DNA of 64,000 nt from a bacterium (GTDB taxonomy: Bacteria > SAR324 > XYD2-FULL-50-16 > G965216635), in contig OZ244188.1 of the NCBI GenBank assembly GCA_965216635.1, forward strand, positions 219,205 to 283,204. Direction: 5' to 3'. This document shows positions 18,638 through 27,588 of the stretch, piece by piece (position 1 is the first letter of the stretch; every line of letters starts with the position of its first letter). A program made the translations under genes and the position numbers. The notes under the pieces were generated by a model that saw only the letters and a program-made list of their open reading frames with translations, had not been told where the DNA came from and ran no database searches.

Positions 18638-20014
18638 ATGAAATATTTAAGTTTTTCATTAGAAAATTATAAAGGGATTAAAAAATTTTCAATTAATGTG
18701 GATCCAAACCAACCTATCTCGCTGGTAGGATTGAACGAGAGCGGTAAAACTACTATTTTAGAAGGTATAGACCATATAGGAAAACATTGTAAGCAATTAT
18801 CAACAAATAAGTTTCGGCAATTACTGAATAATGGAGAATTGGCAAAAGTAAGACCAAAAAAATTACCAGGTGTTTTTTTTAGTGATGAGATTAAATTTGC
18901 GTGTAAAGTTGTATGTGAAGAAAAAGTTTGCGAAATATCTTTTATCTATACTTTAGAAAAAGATAAAACCGCAGGCTACAAAGTGTTTTTTGATAAAGAG
19001 GAATTGAATTTTAAAGATGCTGATGTATTGGAAAAAATAAATAAATTTAGCGAAGAAATGCCAGAAATTATTTATTATTCTGATTTTACTCTTGAAGTTC
19101 CTCAAGAAATATTTTTTCATACAAATACTTATAAAAAAAAACAAACTCCAGGTATGTTGGCAAGTTTAGAAAGAGAAAATAAGAAATCCAATAACCCAGA
19201 ATGGCAAAAAATTTTACAGGATATAACGGATTCTCTATATTCTGAGGACGAAAAAGTGCTTTTTCAAGATGATATTGTAGATTATTTGGACGGTGACAAT
19301 ACTGGGGATGAAAATAGTTTTAGGGATAAGTTAACAGGTTTTAGCAGACATATAAACCAAAAAATCACCAAAAAATGGTTGCAAAGCCTACCAAAAAAAT
19401 CTTCTTTAAAAGAAATTGAATTTGTTTGTAATACAATGGAAAAAAATGCAAACACAAGAGAGTTTGCTTTTAAAGTTATCTCTAATGATGACGCTACATT
19501 TGATTTATCGGACAGATCTAAAGGCTGTAGGTGGTTTTTTGCTTTTATGTTATTTACAGAGTTTAGAAAATATAGAAAACAAAATACAATTTTTTTATTA
19601 GATGAGCCTGCTTCTAATTTACACTCTTATGTTCAAGAAAAAGTTATCCACGCTATTAATGAATTATGCGACGAAAAGACAGGCTCTATTGTTTTATATT
19701 CTACCCACTCTCCTTATTTACTAGATATAGAAAACGTAGAAACTATGTATCTTGTAGAAAATATCAATGCCTCTTCTGAGGTTAGGGAAGCAAGAATAGA
19801 AGTCAATTTATACACAGAAAACACTCGGGCAAGCAAGAAAGGAGAAGCGAAACCTATCTCTGATTATTTTCAGTTAAACTTGCAAAAAGTAATGAAATAT
19901 TTTGAAAAAAAAAATACTCCTAAAAAAATCGGAGCTATTGGTAAAAAATTTTTAGAAAATACAAGAAATATTAAAAATATAGCAGATGTGATTGAGTTTT
20001 CTAAGAATTTGTAA
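18638..20014 (+). CDS. Standalone ABC/OLD-family-type ATPase (AAA_15/AAA_21-like) inserted between actA and actB
   Basis: Walker A LVGLNESGKTTILEGI at the N-terminus; Walker B/D-loop IFLLDEPASNLH and H-loop YSTHSPYLLD near the C-terminus; no nuclease domain evident; 458 aa. Confidence 0.6.
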   Translation: MKYLSFSLENYKGIKKFSINVDPNQPISLVGLNESGKTTILEGIDHIGKHCKQLSTNKFRQLLNNGELAKVRPKKLPGVFFSDEIKFACKVVCEEKVCEISFIYTLEKDKTAGYKVFFDKEELNFKDADVLEKINKFSEEMPEIIYYSDFTLEVPQEIFFHTNTYKKKQTPGMLASLERENKKSNNPEWQKILQDITDSLYSEDEKVLFQDDIVDYLDGDNTGDENSFRDKLTGFSRHINQKITKKWLQSLPKKSSLKEIEFVCNTMEKNANTREFAFKVISNDDATFDLSDRSKGCRWFFAFMLFTEFRKYRKQNTIFLLDEPASNLHSYVQEKVIHAINELCDEKTGSIVLYSTHSPYLLDIENVETMYLVENINASSEVREARIEVNLYTENTRASKKGEAKPISDYFQLNLQKVMKYFEKKNTPKKIGAIGKKFLENTRNIKNIADVIEFSKNL

Positions 20015-20045
20015 TTTTTTGTTTATGATTTAAATATTAAAAAAA

Positions 20046-23000
20046 ATGTCCCATAATAATATTAAAAACAACAAAATAAAAAGAAGAGATTTTTTCAAAA
20101 TAGCTGCGACCAGTGGCGCTGCTGTAGCTGTAGCCAGCTGTAATAATGACCCTGTAGAAAAAATACTCCCTTCTTTATTGCCTCCAGACAATTACCAAAC
20201 TGGTGTAGCTTTACATTTTGCTTCTGTATGCCAAGAATGTCCTTCTCAGTGCGGCATAGTAGTCAAAACTCGCGAAGGTAGGGCTATTAAAATTGAAGGC
20301 AACCCTAATCACCCTCTCAATCAAGGCAAACTTTGTGCTATAGGACAATCTGCTTTGCAAGGTTTATACAGTCCTAATCGCATTAAAAAAGCGACCCAAA
20401 AAGGCAAACAGCTAGATTTAGCAACAGCCAAAAACGAATTTTATGGCAAAATAAAACGTCTAGTCGCAGAAAACAGAGGCAAAGAAATTCTGTTTATTAG
20501 CCCCGCTGGAGATAGCAGTCTGCAAAGAATGACTACTAAAATTATTTCCCGTCTTGGAGCCTCCCAAATTCAGTTGGACTTGAGTTCTGCTAATTCCATC
20601 AAAAACGCAAACAAAATTTTGTACGGGAAAAACGAAGTTCCAGATTACCAATTTTCAAAAGCAAACTTTTTACTCAATTTTGGAGCAGATTTTTTGGAAG
20701 GCTGGCTTAATGTGATGAAAAATTCTAGAGAATTTGCCGAATTTCATTCTTACAAAAGAAAAAACAAAAACGAGTATGTGCATATTTCACCTCATCTTTC
20801 TACGACTGGTGTACAAGCAGACGATTGGATAAACTGCCCTTCCAAAGCAGAAGAAGCGATTGCACTCGCTTTGGTAGCCCGTCTGGCAGCTAGCAATTCT
20901 TCTCTTTCTGCAGCGGAAAAAAGGATTATCCGTAGCTATACTAAAAACCACAACATTGCCGCTGTGGCGAAAAAATACCAGCTAGATGCAAAAAAATTAG
21001 AGCAGATTGCCAAAAAACTAGCTACTAAAAGTAGCCTGATTATTGGAGGCGGTAATGCTACTTCCAACGGAGAGCAAACAAAACTGCAAATAGCGATTGC
21101 TCTTTTGAACTATCTTACTGGAAATACAAATCTAAACTTTGGAGCAGATTATAAATTTGGAGGCAGTAGCTTTGCAGAAATCAAGAAGGCTGTTCAAAAA
21201 ATAAAAAATAAAAAATATAGCCTAGTCGTAATTTTAGAGTTAAACCCTGCTTATATTTTTTCTATTTTCTCCGAATGGTCGGATAAAAAAGAAATTCAAG
21301 GAAAAGTTCCCATAGTGAGTTTGTCTCTGTCTCATAGCGAGACCACCGAGCAAGCGGATTTAGTAATTCCCATCACTTCCAGTTTTGAAAATTGGGGAGA
21401 TAGTTTTGCTGCCAATGGAATTTACGCTTTGCAGCAACCAGTAATGGCAAAGTTGCCGGGTTTTGAAGCAGAGCCTTTGGGAGATATTTTGCTTGGTTTG
21501 ACAAAAGAATTAGGCTGGAGCGGAGATAATTTTGAAGCTGCTGATTTTAAAAATTATTTAAGAAGTCAATGGAGAGGGCTACAAACCCAACTGAAATATG
21601 TAGGCACTTTTGAAATGTTTTGGATAGCTGCTTTGAAAAAAGGAGGGATTTTTCAAAATTATACTCCACAAAGAGCGAGTTTAAAAACCAATGCTTTGGC
21701 ACAGCTTAACGCTAGCGAAACAAAAACAGCTAAAGGCATTTCTTTAATGGTCCTAAATTCTAATTTGCATTCTAACGACGGCAGAACGGGGGATAGATAC
21801 TGGCTTTTAGAAATTCCCCATCCTTTAACGCAGGTCGTTTGGGATTCTTGGCTAGAAATTAACCCCGATAAAGCACAAGAATTAGGTATTCAACATTTAG
21901 ACGAAGTGGAAGTTACTACTTCTGCGGGCAGTGTCAAATTAGCTGCCTATATTTATGATTTTATAGATAAAAATACAGTTGCCATTCCAGCGGGCATGGG
22001 TAGAAGTTTGAAATTTCCTAACTATTCTTCCAGAAGAAACAGTATTTTACCATTCAAAGGTGGGCATAAAAGGACAAACCTTGTAGAAAAAAAGGTAGGC
22101 TTGAATCCTTTTGAATTGATTCCTTTTGCGACTGATGATTCTGGAGAGCTGATTTTTTCTGCAGAAAATATTAGTCTTAAAAAGACTGGAAAAAAATCTT
22201 TTTTGGTCAGCAGCGATGGGCAGTATAAAGACGATTCCAAAGCTCTTATTGCTGATACACCTACTGGTTACGGAGATAGAAGCCAAAAAGGAAGGCATTT
22301 GATTAGGTCAGTTTCTTTGAAGGAATTGAATTCTGGCAAAATCCACAAAGAAGGACACCAACTCAAAGATAGATTTTATACTACCGATAGACAAAACACC
22401 CACGATTTTTATAAGGAAAAAAGGGACGGTTTAGATAATCATATTTTTGGAATAAAGGGAAGTAAAACAGGAAAATACTACGACCCCTACAAGTTTGAAA
22501 TGAGTATAGATTTAGATAAATGCACGGGTTGTTCTGCTTGTGTGGTTGCCTGCTACGCCGAAAATAATATTGCAGTGGTCGGTAAAGAAAGACAGGCTAT
22601 CGGCAGGGAAATGTCTTGGCTTAGAATAGAAAGATACTTAGACAAAGATAAAAAAACCGGAAAAATCCAAGCGCTTTTATCGCCGCAGATGTGTCAACAG
22701 TGCGGCAACGCAGGTTGCGAAGCAGTCTGCCCCGTTTATGCAACTTACCACAACCCTGATGGACTCAACGCACAGATTTACAACCGTTGCGTTGGCACTA
22801 GATATTGTGCCAATAACTGCGTTTATAAACAAAGAAGATTTAACTGGAGAAGCTATAGTTTTCCATCTCCTTTGCATTACCAACTTAACCCCGATGTTAC
22901 TGTTCGCGACAAAGGAGTAATGGAAAAATGCACCTTTTGTGTGCAAAGAATTGTAGCTGCAAAAGATAAGGCTAAGGACGATAACCGAATTGTTTTTGAC

Positions 23001-23180
23001 GGAGAAATCAAAACAGCGTGTCAGCAAACCTGTCCGACAGAGGCAATTGTTTTTGGCAATGCGATGGATAAAAAATCTTTGCTTACAAAAACAAAAAAAG
23101 ATATTCGCGGCTATCACCAACTAGAAGAATTGAATTTTCAACCTGGGGTTACCTATCTCAGTAAAATAAAAAGAGGGTAA
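20046..23180 (+). CDS. actB: Alternative complex III subunit B (molybdopterin-oxidoreductase-like domain fused to 4Fe-4S ferredoxin domain)
   Basis: Tat signal KRRDFFKIAATSGAAVAVASC. 1044 aa. C-terminal Cys clusters CTGCSACVVAC, CQQCGNAGCEAVCP, CVGTRYCANNC and CTFCVQRI. Confidence 0.85.
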   Translation: MSHNNIKNNKIKRRDFFKIAATSGAAVAVASCNNDPVEKILPSLLPPDNYQTGVALHFASVCQECPSQCGIVVKTREGRAIKIEGNPNHPLNQGKLCAIGQSALQGLYSPNRIKKATQKGKQLDLATAKNEFYGKIKRLVAENRGKEILFISPAGDSSLQRMTTKIISRLGASQIQLDLSSANSIKNANKILYGKNEVPDYQFSKANFLLNFGADFLEGWLNVMKNSREFAEFHSYKRKNKNEYVHISPHLSTTGVQADDWINCPSKAEEAIALALVARLAASNSSLSAAEKRIIRSYTKNHNIAAVAKKYQLDAKKLEQIAKKLATKSSLIIGGGNATSNGEQTKLQIAIALLNYLTGNTNLNFGADYKFGGSSFAEIKKAVQKIKNKKYSLVVILELNPAYIFSIFSEWSDKKEIQGKVPIVSLSLSHSETTEQADLVIPITSSFENWGDSFAANGIYALQQPVMAKLPGFEAEPLGDILLGLTKELGWSGDNFEAADFKNYLRSQWRGLQTQLKYVGTFEMFWIAALKKGGIFQNYTPQRASLKTNALAQLNASETKTAKGISLMVLNSNLHSNDGRTGDRYWLLEIPHPLTQVVWDSWLEINPDKAQELGIQHLDEVEVTTSAGSVKLAAYIYDFIDKNTVAIPAGMGRSLKFPNYSSRRNSILPFKGGHKRTNLVEKKVGLNPFELIPFATDDSGELIFSAENISLKKTGKKSFLVSSDGQYKDDSKALIADTPTGYGDRSQKGRHLIRSVSLKELNSGKIHKEGHQLKDRFYTTDRQNTHDFYKEKRDGLDNHIFGIKGSKTGKYYDPYKFEMSIDLDKCTGCSACVVACYAENNIAVVGKERQAIGREMSWLRIERYLDKDKKTGKIQALLSPQMCQQCGNAGCEAVCPVYATYHNPDGLNAQIYNRCVGTRYCANNCVYKQRRFNWRSYSFPSPLHYQLNPDVTVRDKGVMEKCTFCVQRIVAAKDKAKDDNRIVFDGEIKTACQQTCPTEAIVFGNAMDKKSLLTKTKKDIRGYHQLEELNFQPGVTYLSKIKRG

Positions 23181-23231
23181 ACATCAAATTTTGCCTATGC
23201 TTTGTCTAACGCCTAATTTAAAAATAAAAAA

Positions 23232-23921
23232 ATGGTAGAAGTGAATCTAGAACACAAATCGGATGAGCAATTTGATAAAGAGTTGAGTGAAAAAAAAGTT
23301 ACCCCTAACCTACAAAATATAGGTTATTTACCTTGGATTGGAAAGGATTATGCTGACTTGCCTGACAAAAATAAAATTTTTATTCTTGGCGAAAGTGTTT
23401 ATAATGGTTGGAATCCTGATAAAAACGCTTCTAGAGATATAATAAATGGTCACGCAATAAAGACAAATCCTAGTCGTCTTTTTAGAAATATGAGTTGGGC
23501 TATTTGTGGAGAAAAAAAAAAGAAAGAGTTAAATCCAAAAGAGTTTTGGAGTAAAGTTTGTTTTAATAATTTGGTGCAAACTAAAATGAAAACTAAGAAG
23601 TATAGACCTTCTACAAGTGATTATGAAAATGGAACTGAATATATTGCAAAACAAATAGATATATTAAAACCTGCTTTAGTTATTTGTTTTAATAATTCGG
23701 ATGTAGCTAATTCTTTTAAAGAAATATTTGCTGACGCTAAATTAGAAGTTAAAGAAAAAGTAGGTAGAATAAAACCAAAAATACTAACAGCAAACAAGCT
23801 AAAAATATTATTTATTAAACACGCTAGTAGTTATTTTAGTTGGAGCAAATGGAATGAGTTTATAAATAAAAATGCAAAAGAAAATATTGATTGCTTTCAA
23901 TCATTAGAAAATACAAACTAA
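23232..23921 (+). CDS. Hypothetical protein (cargo between actB and actC)
   Basis: 229 aa, no confident family. Weak resemblance to uracil-DNA-glycosylase-superfamily motifs (ILGESVY...; HASSYFS). Confidence 0.3.
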   Translation: MVEVNLEHKSDEQFDKELSEKKVTPNLQNIGYLPWIGKDYADLPDKNKIFILGESVYNGWNPDKNASRDIINGHAIKTNPSRLFRNMSWAICGEKKKKELNPKEFWSKVCFNNLVQTKMKTKKYRPSTSDYENGTEYIAKQIDILKPALVICFNNSDVANSFKEIFADAKLEVKEKVGRIKPKILTANKLKILFIKHASSYFSWSKWNEFINKNAKENIDCFQSLENTN

Positions 23922-23930
23922 GTTTTAAAA

Positions 23931-24062
23931 TTAAAAAATGCTAACCTACGAAAAAATTGATAATGATTTTTTATAATTTATGCTAGAATGTATTTTTAAT
24001 AAACTAAAAAACCAAAATGAATAAAACTATAATCACTTTTTGCGATAAAGGAGGCGGACTGC
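23931..24062. repeat. Duplicated actC 5' end (about 35 bp incl. ATG) plus about 95-bp element-end sequence, copy 1
   Basis: aaaaaatgctaacctacgaaaaaattgataatgat + tttttataatttatgctagaatgtatttttaat...gcgataaaggaggcggactgc; compare real actC start at 27583-27620. Confidence 0.8.
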
Positions 24063-24139
24063 CTTAAAACTAAATTTTGTGCTTTTAAAATTAAAGTTAT
24101 AGACTGTGCTATACTGCAAAATAAAAGATAAATATTATT

Positions 24140-24619
24140 ATGGAAAAACAAAATGTATTGAGTGTGGCGGATTTTTTTATCACAGAAGTTGATAAAAAGT
24201 ATGGTGTAGATAATTTAAAATTAAACAAAATAGCCTATATCTCTTTAGGATTTTCACTATCTATACGGAATTTTGATTTATTTTCTGAAGATGTAGAAGC
24301 TTGGAATTGGGGTCCGGTAATTCCAGAATTGTATTATTCTTTTAAAGAATATGGCTCTAGGATTATTACTAAGCCTTCTGAAAGAGAAAATTCAAGTGAG
24401 ATAAAAGATGAAGATACTTTGGGTTTGTTGAATCTAGTAAAAGATCTTTATCAAAGTAAGAGTGGGTTAGAAATTATGGAATTGACTCATGTAAAAAACA
24501 CACCTTGGGATTATTGTTATGATGGAGAAAAAAATACAATTATAGATAAGAATATTATTAAAGATTACTATGATATTCTTATAAAAAACTTAAAAAAAAG
24601 TAATATTCTTATAGATTAG
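24140..24619 (+). CDS. Panacea-domain (DUF4065, SocA/PanA-like) antitoxin
   Basis: AWNWGPVIPELYYSFKEYGS matches the W.GPV....Y hallmark of DUF4065. Paralogous to the 195-aa protein at 39866..40453 (shared NLKLNKIAY, EAW.WGPVIPE.Y). Confidence 0.7.
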   Translation: MEKQNVLSVADFFITEVDKKYGVDNLKLNKIAYISLGFSLSIRNFDLFSEDVEAWNWGPVIPELYYSFKEYGSRIITKPSERENSSEIKDEDTLGLLNLVKDLYQSKSGLEIMELTHVKNTPWDYCYDGEKNTIIDKNIIKDYYDILIKNLKKSNILID

Positions 24620-24623
24620 TTTT

Positions 24624-25031
24624 ATGGTAAAATGTAATACTAAAGAAAAATTTTTATACTCAAAAGTTAGTGATGATAGTTCTGTAAGTGAATCCAAAGA
24701 AAAATTTAAAGCATCTGCTCCGATCAAGACAGAGATAAGTAAAGAATTTGAAGAGACGATAAGTAAAGAATTTGAATTGCTATATAACAATAGATTTAAA
24801 CAAGATACAGAATTAAGTAAAGATTTCTTTTACTTTGCTAAAGAAATTACTGGTTGGTGGATATTGATTTTATTTATAGTCTTATTGTGGCAATTATTTT
24901 TACCATTTGAAGGATACGGACAACGACTTTCTGATATTCAATTTTCTGTATTATTCAGCACTACTACTGTAACAGTGCTTGGTTTTTGGGGAATAGTTGG
25001 TTTGTATTTATTTCCTAAAAAAGGAAAATAA
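24624..25031 (+). CDS. Small membrane protein, candidate toxin partner of the Panacea antitoxin
   Basis: 135 aa, starts 4 bp after the antitoxin stop. Soluble charged N-terminal half, then two TM helices (WWILILFIVLLWQLF; VLFSTTTVTVLGFWGIVGLYLF). Confidence 0.45.
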   Translation: MVKCNTKEKFLYSKVSDDSSVSESKEKFKASAPIKTEISKEFEETISKEFELLYNNRFKQDTELSKDFFYFAKEITGWWILILFIVLLWQLFLPFEGYGQRLSDIQFSVLFSTTTVTVLGFWGIVGLYLFPKKGK

Positions 25032-25047
25032 AAAATAATTTTAATAA

Positions 25048-25177
25048 ACAAAAAATGCTAACTTACGCACAAATTGATAAGGATTTTTTATAATTTATGC
25101 TAGAATGTATTTTTAATGAACTAAAACCAAAATGAATAAAACTATAATCACTTTTTGCGATAAAAGAGGCGGACTGC
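25048..25177. repeat. Duplicated actC 5' end plus element-end sequence, copy 2
   Basis: aaaaatgctaacttacgcacaaattgataaggat (identical to real actC start) + ttttttataatttatgctagaatgtatttttaatgaac...gcgataaaagaggcggactgc. Confidence 0.85.
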
Positions 25178-25610
25178 AGAAAACCAGAATTTGTGATATT
25201 TTTGAAATAAGGATTGTTACTTACTCAACAGTTTAATAGCAATACTTTCAGGCGTAGAGTTATTTATTTTGACATCTGGAATTTGGATTGCTTACTCTAG
25301 TATTCAATCCCATAAAAACAGGCAAATTTAACCATTTTTGCACAAAAATCGCCTTTTTTAATTATTTAATTCTAAAAAAAAACTTTTTGTAAATGCTTTA
25401 AAAATCTTATAAAATTCCTTGAATTAAGGAAAATATTGAATTTTTGTGAAAAAAAAGTTACTATTTTAATAAATTTATTAAAAACAATAAACGGATTTTA
25501 AGACTTTTTGGGGCGGTTGTTAAGAATGGTTTTAAATTTCCTTCGTTAAAGTTTTATATCATAAAAACTAAAACAGACATATTTCTTTGTCTGTGCGTAA
25601 TAAATAAAAT

Positions 25611-26132
25611 ATGGAACAAAGAAAAGTTGAGTTTCTTTTAGAATATCAACAAAGAATAGATCAAAAAGCTAGAGAGAACTCTAGTGAGTTGATTTCTAAC
25701 GGAACCATTGAACACGCTAGAATCTTAATTGCTTCTATTTTTAGTGTTGCAAATAAAAAAATAGAAATATTTACAGGATTTCTTAATCCAATAATCTACA
25801 ATGATAAAAAAATCATTGACAGCGCCTTTAATTTTCTAAAAAAACAAAACACTAAAATAGAAGTTGTAGTGCAAGAAAATGACCACTCATTAGGTTTGAA
25901 TGAATTTGTGAATGAAGCTAAGAATAATAAACAATTTGTTCTTAAAGAAGCAAATGAAATTGATAAAAATGAACAGTATCATTTTATAGTTGCTGATAGT
26001 AAATCATTCCGTTATGAACCTGATAAAGCAAAAAATATAGGTATAGGTTGTTTTAACAAACCAGCATTTGCTGAGAAACTTAATAATCGCTTTCAAGAAA
26101 TATTTAAACAAGCAAAAACGCTGGAAATTTAA
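25611..26132 (+). CDS. Hypothetical protein (cassette cargo)
   Basis: 173 aa, no recognisable family; preceded by an about 400-bp AT-rich leader with a hairpin acagacatatttctttgtctgt. Confidence 0.35.
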   Translation: MEQRKVEFLLEYQQRIDQKARENSSELISNGTIEHARILIASIFSVANKKIEIFTGFLNPIIYNDKKIIDSAFNFLKKQNTKIEVVVQENDHSLGLNEFVNEAKNNKQFVLKEANEIDKNEQYHFIVADSKSFRYEPDKAKNIGIGCFNKPAFAEKLNNRFQEIFKQAKTLEI

Positions 26133-26147
26133 AAGAAAGAATATTCT

Positions 26148-26714
26148 ATGGATTTTTTTTATATTATAGAAATTTCTTTTTTATTAAATATAGCTTATAG
26201 AGAGCTAAAATCTTCTCGTTGGAAGCAAGAATTTGAGAAAAAATATTCTACTTATTTCAACGCATTTGAGATGACAGAATCTATTGGTAGAGATATTCTA
26301 AAAAAAGATAATCTGTTCCAACCAGAAGGAAAACAGTTTGTTGAGGGATTAGAAAAAGGGGAAAAGAATGCTTGGGAGAACAAATTTTTTATTCCTTTTT
26401 ATTACCGCAATTTTATTTGCAAAGAATGGAGTAAAAAATTTACTGGTTGTATTATATTAGGTATAATTATTATTATAGGAATATTGTATTTTTTTGCAGG
26501 ATATAATTATTATATTTACATAAAAAACACTTCCTTTGTCGCATTTTTAATCTTTTCTATGTGCCCTTTTATTTTTAGTTTTTTTGATAATCGGTGTTAT
26601 AATTATTTATTTGGTGATAATGGAAGAATAGAATTTATTATAAAAGAAATAACAAGAAAAAATAAATCTATGATGGATGATGAGCTAGATTTACCAGAAA
26701 GAGCATTAAAGTAA
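26148..26714 (+). CDS. Hypothetical membrane protein (cassette cargo)
   Basis: 188 aa; central hydrophobic segments (FTGCIILGIIIIIGILYFFAG; SFVAFLIFSMCPFIFSFF); 16 bp after the preceding ORF. Confidence 0.35.
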   Translation: MDFFYIIEISFLLNIAYRELKSSRWKQEFEKKYSTYFNAFEMTESIGRDILKKDNLFQPEGKQFVEGLEKGEKNAWENKFFIPFYYRNFICKEWSKKFTGCIILGIIIIIGILYFFAGYNYYIYIKNTSFVAFLIFSMCPFIFSFFDNRCYNYLFGDNGRIEFIIKEITRKNKSMMDDELDLPERALK

Positions 26715-26799
26715 TTAACTTACCAACCTCTTATATCCTTACCATTTTTATACCGATTCCTTAAAAATACTCTTCAATAAAAAAACAAATAAATGAAAA

Positions 26800-27048
26800 A
26801 TGGCTAGTTTAGCAGAAAAAGAGGTAGATGCAAATTTTGATTATTTTCAAACACTACTTCCAGAATTAAAACAAACTCACTTTGAAAAATTTGCTTTATT
26901 GCATAAAAAAAAAATTATTGAATTTTTTGATACTGCTAGAGATGCAGCAAAGTTTGGGATAGTAAAATTCGGAAAAGGCAATTTTTCTGTGCAACAAGTA
27001 GCTGATAGACGTGTTGATTTAGGATATCAAGGACATGTCCTCTTTTAG
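26800..27048 (+). CDS. Small hypothetical protein overlapping the downstream aspartic protease gene
   Basis: 82 aa; 14-nt overlap with 27035..27538 suggests translational coupling. Confidence 0.35.
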   Translation: MASLAEKEVDANFDYFQTLLPELKQTHFEKFALLHKKKIIEFFDTARDAAKFGIVKFGKGNFSVQQVADRRVDLGYQGHVLF

Positions 27049-27538
27049 GCAAACTTTAAATAAAAACAGGCAGTTTATTATTACTGTAAAAGTTATTGAG
27101 TCACCTTTGGAAAAAGAGAAATACAAAGACGGCACAGCACAAAGATTTCTTATTAAGGCGGAAACTCAAAAAGCTTTGATTGATACAGGTGCTAATACGA
27201 CTAGTATATCTCAAAAATATGCGAATGAATCAGGTTTAGTTGCTACTGGAAAAACCATTACAAGTACTGCTGGAGGAGATTGTAGAGAAAATTTATTTTT
27301 GATTGATATTGCTATTCCGATTACTCAAACTGCATTAAAACCTTTTACAGCAAAAGACGGTAGTCAGCAGTTTAAACCATTTATAATTGGAGAAGAACAT
27401 TGGGCTCACGCAGAACTTGAGGTTACTTCTTTTGCAGTTGGTGAAGGATATTATGGTTTTGATATTCTTTTAGGTATGGATATACTATCTCAAATGCATA
27501 TTACTATGTTTCATAATGAGATTATTATGTCTTTTTAA
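27035..27538 (+). CDS. Retropepsin-like (clan AA) aspartic peptidase
   Basis: ALIDTGANTTSIS contains the D-T/S-G-A catalytic motif in a hydrophobic-hydrophobic-D-T-G-A context; about 170 aa, typical of single-domain bacterial retropepsins. Confidence 0.55.
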   Translation: MSSFRQTLNKNRQFIITVKVIESPLEKEKYKDGTAQRFLIKAETQKALIDTGANTTSISQKYANESGLVATGKTITSTAGGDCRENLFLIDIAIPITQTALKPFTAKDGSQQFKPFIIGEEHWAHAELEVTSFAVGEGYYGFDILLGMDILSQMHITMFHNEIIMSF

Positions 27539-27588
27539 AAAATTGTAAAATTTATTACACAAGTTTTCTTAATTTTAAAAAATAAAAA

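Noticed and set aside
20460-23120. ORFs inside actB on the opposite strand (20460..20651, 22022..22298, 22677..23120) and 22738..22920(+)
   Set aside because: They are embedded in the 1044-aa ActB frame, which carries Tat signal and Fe-S motifs; no independent support.
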